64,000 nucleotides of DNA. Source: Bugula neritina. Taxonomy: Eukaryota > Animalia > Bryozoa. The stretch covers positions 2,170,001 to 2,234,000 of the forward strand of contig OZ037769.1 of assembly GCA_964035545.1 (NCBI GenBank). The letters are read 5' to 3'. The notes beneath the pieces are model-generated. The model did not search any database. It was not told the DNA's origin and worked only from the letters and a program-made list of their open reading frames with translations. Position 1 is the stretch's first letter. Every line of letters starts with the position of its first letter. Shown piece after piece: positions 13,601-59,900 of the stretch. The position numbers were made by a program, and so were the translations under genes.

Positions 13601-15430
13601 TCAGCTTGTCAAGTACTACAGAGTTAAGAAGGTGGCTAGAAGGAAGTAGTATGTGGCTAGACAGTTACTATCTGTAACAGTTTAGTGAGTTTACTAGAAG
13701 GTGACTTGAAGTTATAACTTACAGTTGTTTTATCTGCCAGCAGCTTTTCCAAGAAGCTAATCAGTTCTTCTTTCTGTTCCGGATCCACGCTAGTGTAAAG
13801 ATATAATGAGTGATAACATCACACATTGACTTTGTACCAAAACTTACCAGCAGCCCATTAAATATATAAATATTAGCAAAAAATCAATTTTAAAACAAAT
13901 ATAGAGTGACAGCAAACTATTGGAAAGCATTCATCAGTGCCATAGTCATGTTAAAATAGGCGCCAGAAAATTACCATAACACAAGTTATGGGCACCAGAA
14001 TATCTGAAATATGTATCTTGAGTAACTAACCTGTAGAGTTTTGGTATAGCGTGGGCGGCTGCCTTCCTCACATAGGGGGACATGTCCGCCACCCCGTCTT
14101 TTATCACCAACATCATGATGGGAACTATGACAGGTATTCTGATGCTAGACAACACTCTCAGTGCACTCGCCCTGATCAGTTGGTTAGGATCCTGTAGAAG
14201 AGATGGAGAAATACAAGACCTGAGAATTTCACTGAGTAATGCGTACAAACTTAGGACTAAAGCTGTTGGCTACATTTCATAAATGGAAATATATGAACTG
14301 TGCTTTGGGATTAGTATGGAGTTGGCAAGGTAATGCAAAGTCTATGGTAGACTGATAGAATAATAAAAAAGATTGTAACTGCAACCAATAAAACCATTCA
14401 CTGCACCAAATTACATTTTAGCATTAAACTCAGTAAAAGTCGTATCAAACCTCTAAATTACAGTTGAAAACTGCAAGACCTGAACGACTAATGATATCAT
14501 TCGTGAACAACTCTCAGTGAGATACTCAACAGTGACAGACTAACCTTCATAGAGCGCTGGAACGTGGCGATGGAGAGTAGCGCCACATCCTGTTGCTCCT
14601 CGGCGTATCGAGTCAAGTACACGTACACCAGCTTCTTAACCTCCAGATTCTTACACACCACATTTTTCACGACAGCCGGGAACAGGGATGAGGCATCCTT
14701 TCCTTTAGCCACCAGCTGTAAAGGTGGATATGCAACAGTAAATATGAATCATTACAGTTGAATTGTATGTTTTATGATTCCGCGGGTAAAGACAACGATT
14801 CAAGGGCACAGCTTTAAGATGTCTGAGAGACGAGAAAGCTGAAGTAAAATTATATCCATCAGCAAATATACGATATTATCAACTTTACAATCTTGAAGTA
14901 ATCATATGATTCTACATATTAAAGGTAACACTTCAAGTAAACAGTTATGGCTGAAACTTCAATCTGCTTTAAAGATAAGTCAACTCTATGCCTTGACAGA
15001 ATGACTGTAGATATATTCTGACAGTCAGGAGTAATTCTTACACCAACAATTCTTTTCATTGCTTCTAGTTTTTTCCTATCATCACTGGAATCCAGCATTT
15101 CCTTCAAGTCATCATGTCTACAAGTTTTAAAGCAAGAAATGAAATTATCAAATTGTTGTTGCATACTAGAAATGAAGATATTACAGAAAAAATATTCTAC
15201 AATAGAGGTGAATTTGTAGATACTACAAAATGTGCTACACCTCAGGAAGAAGTACAACTTTACATGTCAAATAGAAGCTAGAATGTAACCTAAATGTACC
15301 TGCGCAAATCAGTACTGAAGATTCCACTAGAAGCAGGGTCATGTGACCTGTCGTTATCCAATGAGTCTGTGGTGTCTCCCCCTGAAAACCCCGAGGAGTT
15401 CTGAAAGCCCTGCACACCATTCCCAGCCAT
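4613..15430 (-). CDS. AP3B: AP-3 adaptor complex subunit beta (AP3B1/AP3B2 orthologue), complete, 22 coding exons, 1077 aa
   Basis: Exons (5'->3'): 15430-15300, 15117-15042, 14715-14545, 14191-14031, 13789-13723, 13288-13109, 12687-12466, 11910-11668, 11289-11157, 10932-10880, 10478-10311, 9789-9537, 9038-8878, 8360-8219, 8102-7968, 7743-7630, 7426-7305, 7046-6964, 6607-6502, 5940-5859, 5371-5228, 4899-4613. They sum to 3234 nt in frame. Motifs [70 protein letters not shown] and [11 protein letters not shown]; acidic S/E hinge; clathrin-box-like LLDLLD; ear domain GIDFNDT...GGMNET. Confidence 0.96.
5016..5174. mobile_element. Short MITE-like inverted-repeat element in the last AP3B intron
   Basis: Left end tttccaagcttcgcattattcgaatag pairs with right end ccattcgcataatgcgaagcaatggaaa (about 28-bp imperfect TIR). 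Confidence 0.6.
5958..6113. repeat. 13-bp tandem repeat (gtacagtgaatat)n, about 12 copies
   Basis: Visible directly; ends about 17 nt from the AP3B acceptor at 5941. Confidence 0.95.
6829..6968 (-). repeat. 18-bp minisatellite spanning an AP3B donor; unit GTaggtttccttctacAG
   Basis: About 7 copies of aaacctacctgtagaagg on +; the true donor is at 6963. Confidence 0.95.
8414..8612 (+). mobile_element. tRNA-derived SINE
   Basis: A box TGGCCCAGTGG and B box GGTTCGAAACCC but no acceptor stem. The following core ttggtgatgtcaggaaaggcattcagtcataat is shared with the copies at 25185 and 27263. Confidence 0.75.
8741..8820. repeat. 20-bp tandem repeat, 4 copies
   Basis: agtgtagatacagctaaaga repeated. 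Confidence 0.85.
9827..9920. repeat. 14-bp tandem repeat (tcacaggctatgta)n, about 6.5 copies
   Basis: Visible directly, near the acceptor of the GC-AG intron. Confidence 0.95.
12114..12490 (-). repeat. 44-bp minisatellite (about 8.5 copies) spanning an AP3B donor
   Basis: Unit on -: GTaatgcattgtatccactc + ctgtactaccactgtgcccccaAG (20 intron nt plus the last 24 exon nt, LYYHCAPK). Confidence 0.95.
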
Positions 15431-17735
15431 GATAGTAGAAGGTTGATGAGTCTAAAACATGTCAATGTCAAGAAGTCCCCATAAACATTTAACATAAATT
15501 ATGATTTAGTTTTTACCATTGTGTATGCTAAACTTTGTATAAAGGTTCCATATTATTGTGATTTTTAAATCTTAAATACAACTACTACCATTACTCAAGT
15601 AAGTCATTGAATAATACTATTGATACTATTGCAGTAGCTTTAATCCTTAGTTACACTTATTCGGGATTTTGAATTAAAGTTACTAATAAATGGATTCAGC
15701 TTTAGCTATTATAAATTATCATAATCAAATTTTACAGGAAATAAACTAGGTTCAAGTGTCTACTTTTATTTAAGGCTGCACCTGTTGTGATCGCAAACAA
15801 AATGACTACTAGTTATAATAATTTAACATAAACATGGGGTTTGGTTTTTATTGAGTTTCACTCCGAGTTTGAAGATGCCATAAAATATCAACACGCAACT
15901 ATCATAGTTTTAGTCAAACTAATATTCATTATTTATACTAATATTCATACCCATAGTCATATTGGTACGGATAGTTATACTTATAGCAATTGACTAATTC
16001 ATTATTCAATTGTATGAATCAATATGAATATAACTTTTCGTCCTCAGTATCACTGAGTATGACATTGACTATCACTATCACTATGAGACATGAGTATGAG
16101 TATCTGTATGCTGATAGAGGTTTTGAATTCACTATAGCCACTCAGTGTAAGCAACACTCATATTCATACTGAGACTCATGCTGCATCAGAATAAATTTAG
16201 AATTATATTTATTATTATTAAAATAATTTAATCAACTTTAAGTTTAATTTTAAATTTAAGTTTTACTTTTACTTTTACTTTTAGTTTTACTTTTAGTTAA
16301 GTATTAGTTTTACACTAGTCTTTTACTTTTAGCTTTGGTTTAAATTACTAGTATGTTTTTAAGTACTCATATTCTGATACTGTATTTAATACATAACAAA
16401 AATGTTAAACTTTCATAATGGTAGTAGCCATAATTATAATATAATTGCACTATAATTAAAGCCATAATGATAATGATAGTCATTATTCTCAACTCTTTCT
16501 TCATTTGCCACTTCTTTTCCGGTCAAACTACTTCGAGCCCAAGTTCTTTATAGCTTTGTAAGCTACGGCTAGTTAATATAATTAAATCATTGATCACCAT
16601 AGAATAAAACCCGTAACATTGTAACACTATTGGTTTTAGATTTATCGTCTAGGGCAATGTTACAAAGCACAGTAGTAACACAACTCCTAGTAAACATTAT
16701 AAGCATGTTGTGTTTGAAAAATTACTGTTGTGTGTAGCAAATATTTGAGGTCACCAAGTGCAGTGGCTTGAGGAACCGGAATTGTTTCAATGATTTTATA
16801 AGCAGCTAAAAGCGTCTGGTGACTGAATGCAATAATTTGGGAGTTTTAAGTTTGAATGTGGAGGTTCCAAGTTCAAACTTAAGCCCAACTCTTTAGAATC
16901 CCAAAAAGCTGTTTTAGAACATGCAATTCCTTGGTTAGTTTGTTGCTGGAGGTTAGGTGTTCTGGGAATGCTATGTATAGAAACATTACACTTGGTGACC
17001 CCTAGTTTTGTTCTGCATCTGAGGAGTACTTGCATTTGCATGTCTTGGAAGTCATCAAGACAACTATATAACACAGAAATAGTTACTGCTCAATTTCCTT
17101 GTAATACATGAAGGAATATTGGCATAAAGCAGCTTAAAATTGCAAAATTTCACAATACTCCATATATGTAGTATTTTGTAACATAGCCTATAACAAAATC
17201 TAATTTTTGTTTATCATTGAACTCGAAAGAATATGATGCAAGCAACATAAATTTATTTGAAAATAATCACATAAAAGCACAAGCACGTTAAAATAGTTAG
17301 TATGATTAAAAAATCCAGAGTAGAACTCTATTTTTTTAATAACAAAGCATGAATATATTATTAAATATAAGTTTAAAATATAAAACATATAATTGTACCC
17401 TGTCAATTCATAAAGGTAGATCATAGGTAACCAATCAGATCAGATATATTAAATTTGTATTAAAAGCACAATCGATCAATAAAACAACTCAAAAATCATG
17501 ATCAGCGATAAAAGAACACAATTAGTATGCTGTTAGAACAGGAACTCGTGCAGCAAGGAGTTAGTAGCATTAAAATATAAGATAAATATTAATTTTCTTT
17601 TAAGATTTTGTTGTTTTTTATTAATAAAAAATATTTATGGTGCAAAAAAGTATTACATAATATTATAGAAAACTGTGCGTGGCAGTAGGTACTTATATGG
17701 CAAGCAATGTTTTATTTCAAGATGCAATAGAAGCT

Positions 17736-51525
<33,790 letters not shown>

Positions 51526-53962
51526 GATGAAGTCATGTACTCTTCTTAGAGTAAGTAATAGTAAGTATATTGATGTACCATGTGTACAGTCAACTAGTAG
51601 TTTATCCTATCTGTTATGTTGTTAATTCCATTTATCAAGAGTGTGTGTTTGACTTGAAGAAACAGAGTTGATAAGCAACTTCCTTCTTGATGTGTCACAC
51701 ACTTAGTTGTGTTTATTCAGTTTAATTTGTTCAGTGAAAGTATTGGACTGTGCAAATTTTCAGTGCAAATAAAGTGCATCACAAAAGAGCATTGAAAGAG
51801 TAAAGATAAGTGAATGCTAAAGCAAACATTCTTTAGAATAAAAGAAAGCTATTCTGTTTAGGTTCATACGTTAGCTAACTATGATAAAAAAAATTTGTTA
51901 GATAATGAAGTTATATTTGTGTTGAAATTGAGTAAAGAAATATATAATGAGGTATAGAAAGATGGAAAGAGGAAGTTTGATTTTATATTGCAGATCGTGA
52001 GAATAAAGTAAACAGACAGCGTCTAAATTAAACTATATTACTTGAGGTGTGTGATATCTTTAGCTTGGGTGATATTTGAATATTATATGGCAACAATTTG
52101 CCACAAAAACTAAACTACGTGAAAAAATAAAGACGCAAAAGTAAATTAAACTACATTATCATGCAGTAGTAATATTTTGACTCAGAGGTTTGACAATATA
52201 TTGCACATGGAGAGCTTCAAATTTGAAGTAGAACTGGAAAAGTAAACATATAACTTTATAGCAATTGACCCTTGTATATCATTTATAGTTAATATTACGT
52301 ATATACAAACTATACTTTCGTAATAGATGCTGAAAAGATGTTAAATATGTAGATATAAAAAAAGGTCTTAAATACTGATAAGAAAAACTCTGTGCAACTC
52401 AAAGCTGTTGTTCCAGAAAGTAAACTAACATCCTTGGTTGCTGACACTCAAAGTACTAATCATAGAGCAACACTTAGAAACATAGAAAGCTGCTATAAAT
52501 ACGTGGAAACCCAAACGATACAAAGTTGACCCTCGAAGCAACTCTCTCTAACATAATAATGGTAATTACTTTATCAAATTTATGAAAGTTATAAGCAAAT
52601 CTAGAAATAAAGAAAAGCATGGCTTGCAGATCTTCCTATAAGTATTTTTTAGACTAAGATCCATACTTACAAATTAGACATGCAACGGTATACCCTTATA
52701 GCTTCAAAGCTAATAAGATACAAGCCTATCTGCAAGCTATGGCTATTTCTAAGCTATAATAATTTCTGAGATGAGTTTTCGGATTAACTCATAATATACA
52801 TAATTATACTGATTCAATTCAATTGTGAATTATGTTACCTAACATCATGTATAACTAAATATATACATTCATAGAACATTGAAAATAAAATATTATGTAT
52901 ACAAGTAGAGATGAAGCATATTGTTTTGAGAAAGCCATCACAGCAAAGGCCTATTAATAGAGTTTACACAAGCTTTTAAGCATAGTTGCTTTGTTTGATT
53001 GATAAGCTTGATTGATAAAAGTGTTTTGAATACGGGGATTAACTAGAAATTGATGACAATGAACTTCAAAAGTGAACTATATTGTAATTTAAGCACATTG
53101 AGTTATGTCACTGGTTAGCTGTTACATAATTGCTAGTTATACTTAATTATTTTAAAGAGAAAGTATCAGTGGAAAGAACTAGTTACATGTAATGATAGCA
53201 CACAGATTATGAGTAATTTGACAATTATGTTGACATAATTTGTTGTTTACTCTATTGACAACTTTCTCATAGCAACCAACCACAGTGGTAATCTATCTCT
53301 TGTCTGGTGTGAATTATACTGGTATTTATAATTACAATCATATTTACTCAATATTGATAGCTAGCAAATAACAAGGAAGTTAGCCTCCATCTTAACACTC
53401 AATGTAAACATGTCTAACTTCCTCATTAAACAAAAATAGCTCTAGCACAGCTTTTATCCCAACCAATTGGACTGAAAGTTTCACTATGCCTCATCTTCAA
53501 GGAGATTTTCCCAATTCAATTAGTAGAAAGTTTTCTAAGCAACTTATAGAAGTAGTATGAAGGCTGGTCACCTCCTTCTTAGGTTTAGGACACAGTATTT
53601 GTACATTACAAAGAGAGCAGTGTAGATATGAACCTGCTATAAGTATTTTAATCAGAGAAACTTCAGTAAAAACTTACTGCAAACCCATGATGCAGTTCTG
53701 CAGCTTTTGTTAGCCAAAAATATGTAATTATGAGCAAAGCATATCATTATAGTAGTATTATGATTTCTATTGTGATTTATGTAAGAAGTTGCAAAGAAAA
53801 TATGAGCAGATACAAGTAAAAATAATGAAAATCAAACTACCAATATCATATAAATAGAGATATCATATAACATGTACTCTAAAACAGTAAGCAATATAAT
53901 GCATTTAATTTTAGTTATCCTTTATAAAATTGGTTAATATAATATACTCTAATGCCATGAGT

Positions 53963-56900
53963 TTAACATTGGTCTTGCATATTCTGATAAAGAGTAGTAT
54001 TAGGTGAAAGGTTGTGTACAGTATGAACTACTTTCTCATAGTTATGATCCTCAGTTACTGTATTCATACTTTCATATGTTGGTGCTGGATTCTTGTCACC
54101 AGAAACCTCTGCATATTCTGGTACATCTGTACTTGCTCGTTGTATGGAACTTAGATCAATATCTTCGTATTCATCAGATTTCTCTAGTCTGGACTGCCTT
54201 TCCCTAGTAGAAGTTGATCTTTTAGCTCTCCATCTCTTTTTCAATATAACAGTCATTGTGATGGTGACCAGAATCAGCACACCACTTGAAACTCCAACTG
54301 ACAGCCCAATGACCTTGGCTGAAACACCTAGAGAATGCATAAAATACCATGTTAACTGCATTTTACAACATACATAGCCTATAAAATATTTACTTTTTTA
54401 ATATTTTTTTTGGAGTCCAATTGAAAATTCTTGCAAGAAAATATTTTCTTTTGTTACATGTCTATACTCTAGAACAGAGGTTTGTTCACCTATACCCTCT
54501 GAGATTACAATAATGATAACATTTTAACTTCAACAATATCAAAACTATTTGTGATGAAATGGAGACACGATAAAACGATGATGGGTGTAAATACATGCTT
54601 TACCTAGCTTTTTACAGGTTGGTATTCCTCCTTTCCACTCAACTGCTCCATTATCATCGCCACATACTATTTCAGGTTGACCAGTAATGTAGAATCCTTC
54701 TTCACATGAATACAGGGCTGTTGTACCCACACCCCAATCTTTATCTAAACTCAACAGTCTAGCATTCTCTACTACAGGTGGCGCAGAGCAGTAACTTTCT
54801 TCTAGAGCTGTAACATTAGAAAATAGCTTCTATATGATGCAGTTTAAACACTCATATTAAAACTTTAATCTTACAATCAACTGTCATCGAAAGATAGTTA
54901 AGCCATTTGTCTTTAGAAAATGATTGGTTCTTACTTTTCATTTTTTACAAACCTTGTTTATGGCATCTAAAACAATTTCATCATTTCCCACCAATGCTTT
55001 CTAAGTATTTTTAGATCCTTCCAATTCCATGCAGGTGAGAAAACGTTTAACATAAAGGTTAGGCTGTGTGCTCTCAAACTAAAGCTTGAATTTTGCTCAT
55101 TTATCAAAGCTAACATGAACGTGATAGATCACCTGTATACTGCAACAAAGGACTGCATTAATTAACTTACCCAAATACACTGTGATAGGATCTTCAAAAT
55201 ACTCAGTAAGTACAGTGCCATCCTGAAGCAAAAACCATGCAATTAAAAAGCATGTTATGGCTATGGTATGAACTATATAAAGCTACGTATCATAATATAA
55301 CATAAAGTTTATAGATATAAAAAAGAGAATGTGCTTAACATTTGCAAAATCTGACAGTGGCTACAGATATTAACACTTTATTATTATTTTTTACAAATTC
55401 ATACATAACATGCATGTGCAAATTATAAACCAATCATTATAAGATTTCGATATGATATAAACATCACAGCATAATTATTAATTATTATCAATTTCATAGG
55501 CATGTAAGAGAAGAAAAGCTGCAAAGGAAGCACACAAATAATCTCCAAACTTTACCTCTATTTGTACTGTAACTGCCTGATATATCTTATAGTCTTGGTT
55601 TGGTTCCAGTGGTGCATTATAATAGTCTTGATATGTCTTTCCATCTCCAACTCTGAAGTCATACCCATCACTATCTACTAGAGAACTGTCAATCTCTGCT
55701 GTTATGTAACAATCTGGGTCAATGTCACATTCTGGTGGTAGTTGGACAGATGATCTCTTCTTTCTCTTACTTGTTGATGTCTCTTTTTGGACAACAAACA
55801 CATAGGAACTGCAATAAAAATATATTTTCAAATAAAAAGAAAATTTAGGCTCTGTAATTTATAGAAATACAAACAATTAAAGAAACAGTTGTGTGAACAA
55901 GAAGCATCTTGAAATAATAATACAAAGTGATGGAATCATTCAATATAAGTAACTACATTTACAAACAACTGGCGTTAATTTTTATGCTTGAGTAAAAAAC
56001 ATTAGAGTATGTACTAAATATTTTGCAATTCAGGGTATATTGGCATACAGTGATAGTTCTAGAATTGATGGAATTATTATTACAACTGATCACCAAGAAA
56101 TATATGTATTTTTCATGAACCAATATTACTGTACTATATTGTTCTACTTATAGTTTCTACATCTCATAACTATATACTGATTACTAAACATTTGTTGTGA
56201 TTGATTTTAAGAATACCCAATATATATAACCAATATAGAAATAAGATCATCGTATTATTATACTCCCTTTGATGACTATAATTTGTTGACTAGTGTGACT
56301 ATAAGATTCAAATTAAGACCTTGGTTTATTGCTTTATTTATTTTAAACACTGATGTTTTGGATAGCTTTTGCTACTCACACAATATAATTTCCATTTAGT
56401 TACAAAATGTATAACTAAAGCAATTGACAGGAGAAAGACAGCTGTTATTGTCTAATATTTAGCACAAACTAGCAATGAGCAATTACTAGAGGTACATTGG
56501 GGCATTCCAGTATTTTCAACGATTAAATAAACAAAAGCTGAAAAACAGTTATTCAACAGTTCTTCCTCAGAGCGCTCTGCTTTATGCTTCAAAATACATT
56601 TTTAATGCTTGTCAAATTTGTTATGCAAAAATGGCTACTCAAAAAATATTAATTAACATCATATCCTTAAGCTGTGAGAGTGTGCAGTAGACTCTAGGTT
56701 AACATGAAAAAGCTACTCACTCTGGTTCTTTGTTATCTAGTGTGACTTGGTATACAGTTATCTCAAAGGATGTTCCACTATTTGCAGCAACTTTTAATTC
56801 AGCTCTGTCACTCTGTCTCACTACAAACCAGTGAAACATTATAATAAATAAACTTGCTTTACTATGATATGCAAATATAGGAACAAATTAAAATAACACA

Positions 56901-59900
56901 ACAATATCTTCAGCTAGGCTTTATTAATTTTTGAGAATTAATTTAACCTGCTATTTTAGTGTATCCTGTTTGTGAAGTCACTGGACTCTCCCCAGCACTG
57001 TTTATAGCCCTAGCACTACATGTTACTTTCTCAGCTGATCTGAATTCACAAAGGCTAACTGGTTGTTTATCTGTTGCTAGGATACTTTGATTGTTTCCTT
57101 CTTCAAGGTTGGCATAGTCACAGGTATACTAATATTATAAATATAATAAATGTAATAATGCAATTAATTAGAAAGTATTTGCATATATATATATTCTTTG
57201 AAATTTTTATTTATGCAATGACAGCAGTGAAATATATAATTTTAAATTACATTTTTCGACATTAAAATAGAGATACGGTTATAATGTAAATAAATACTAT
57301 ATTATTATATCATCAAACTACCACTGAAACATTCACTGAATAGATTAAGTTGAACGAATCACCAACCTGATACTCAGTGATAATACCATTGGGTTTATCT
57401 GGATCCTGAATGGTCAGATATACACAGGATTCATTAAGTTCTATTGATAGACTTGGACCATTATAAGGAGCTGCAAATAGTGTTATACTATACATATACT
57501 ACAAAGTTTTAGGTAACCAATAATTACCGTTATTATTGCTATGAGTTATAAGCACCGAAAATAGGTTCAGTATTACACTGTGCTAATTTGATAGTGCAAA
57601 AAGCTCAAACTCTAACTAAATAGTATCTACAAGCGACAATTTAAAAATCTGTAGGTTTTTGCATAAATTAGAGCAATCAAGTTTAGGCATAGGAGATGCT
57701 AGATTAAATATTAAAAATTCAATTTTTTTGTAATTTTAAAAGAAATAACAAAAAGTCAATAAAAAGAAGTTTAGTAGTTGGTATGGAGTTTGACATACCC
57801 AGTTCAGGTGTTGTGATGTAGCGAGGTTCTGCAGAGGATTTATTGAGGGCGTTGTTTACAGCTATCAGTATAATAGTGTAGTTAGTGTATGGATCCAAGT
57901 CTTCTAGCACTTGCTGTCTTGTCTCAGCGGCAGCATATTTCCCATAGAAGATCTGCTGCTTATTGAGTTTTATAGTCAGATCATAGTGTGAGATTGTATT
58001 ACATGCTGGATGTGATTCCTAAAATTAACAACAATTCGCAGAAGTAACAAACTAATCAATTAAAAATAGTAAAGTTTGTAATAGACAAATGCAATAATAA
58101 TAGCATAAAACGGAAAGAAGCTAAAAAACTTCAAATACTTTTTCAAAGTAATTGGGTCCAAGAGCATTTTCATTACTCAATGGATAAACATTCAATCAGT
58201 GTTTTCATGCAGATAGCTCTGAACATTGTTTATAAATTTAGATGTACTTGCTTATCTATATTGATGTCTAAACAAACTGATTGTGTTAGTGAGTGCCAAC
58301 ATACTTTCCATGTGATTATTAGTCCAATACGTTCTTTCTCCATAGTCACGTGTGTGTAGCTTTGTGTAGAATATTCCGGAATAGATGGATCTGTAAAGTT
58401 AATAATAACTATCAACTTGATACATAATTATATAATTGCCCTTACGACTATCCTGTGGCTTTCATAACTAGAGCTTCCTTGAAAATGCGGCTCTAATGTT
58501 AAGAAATCAGTTTCTTCAAACATTTGCTAAACAATAAAATGAATAAGTAGAAATAGGGAGTGTTTGTAGAAAGATTATACCCAACAAAGAGTATTGAAAG
58601 GAGATTGTCTAAAAATAATGGTTCTATTGTTATATTTATTTGATACTTTTAAATTAGCAAAAAATTAACAACTCTATACTTAGAGTATTTTATAAATAGT
58701 TAAGAGCATTCAGTGATTTTGTAATAAATTTCAAATTTTGCATTTATTCTACAGAGGTCTTTTTTACATTAAAAAGTGTCATAATCACTTATTTTTGATT
58801 TGCAACATAGTTTCATTGACTAGTTTAAAAAAGATTACTTACAGCCACAAGTGATTCTAACATCTCCAGTAGCTTCAGGTCCATAGCCAACTTCAGTACC
58901 ACCTTTAATTTCATATGTTACCAGATCTCCAGCTTTATAACCACAGGCTAAGTAACTATTCTCTGTTTGTACATCTGTGTAGTTCATCCATTGGGGAGCT
59001 GATTTGCCACTTATGTAGTATCTGTGCTGTAAATCATACAATCTTCTGTTAGTTTTTAATATGTTGTTCACATTGTCACTCTCTGCATTAAATCTTCATT
59101 TGGCTACTTTTTTAATAATCTCTCAAATTTTTAGTTATAAGCACATGTTAGTGATGTTGACATCAAGTTTTTGAGTAAATTTTCTAACAGTATATTCTGT
59201 TGAAGCAGAGTAACAAAAAACTTAAGAAAAAAGCCAGAACTATTGAAATTTATAATAAAACTATACTGACTTTTATCTTGTAATAAATTGCCAGCCCCTA
59301 TTAATTGTTCTGGAAAGTTCTAGTAACTGTGTGCTCCAGTATCACAATTACTTATTGCGTGCCATTTTGAATGCTGTAATTGTAACTAAGTTGAGGCAGT
59401 TTTCTAATGCCTAAGTATTGCGATTGTGGTTAAAGCTTTCAGCGTAATGTAATTGCACTAAAATACGAATTTCATAGTTATCTCCTTTTTGCTATTTTTA
59501 TAGTTTTGTAGCAATACTGAAATTTTGTTTTCTGAAATTCGGAGTCCCAATTTTTGGACAACAAAGGAGTATTTTGTGTGTGTGCTCTTTGTTCCGTTTG
59601 TATGAAAGCAGGCTATAGTTTCCAGTGTAGATTCAGTTTACCACTGAAGCTTGCCTGTTCAAGAATACACTTATATTCTGCAATAAAGATGGATTCTACT
59701 GAAAACTATTCTGCATCTAGTTCTCTCTTACTTAGTTACATTTAACCCACAAAGTTATACTACAATACTACAATATCTCATATTTTACAAATGATTGCTC
59801 ATGGTATACATGTATACCTAGTACAAAAATTTATAGCAATCTTGCTGCATGCATGCAGCAAGATTGCTATAAATTTTTGTACTAGGAATTTTTCCTATTT

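Noticed and set aside
16500-16560. AP3B promoter (ETS-like CCGGAA on -) and non-coding first exon
   Set aside because: An acceptor at about 15452 implies an upstream UTR exon, but a hexamer alone cannot locate it.
16800-17075. Possible decayed SINE or 92-aa ORF between AP3B and the RPTP
   Set aside because: Only a weak B-box-like gttcaaac, no second copy in the window and no recognisable protein.
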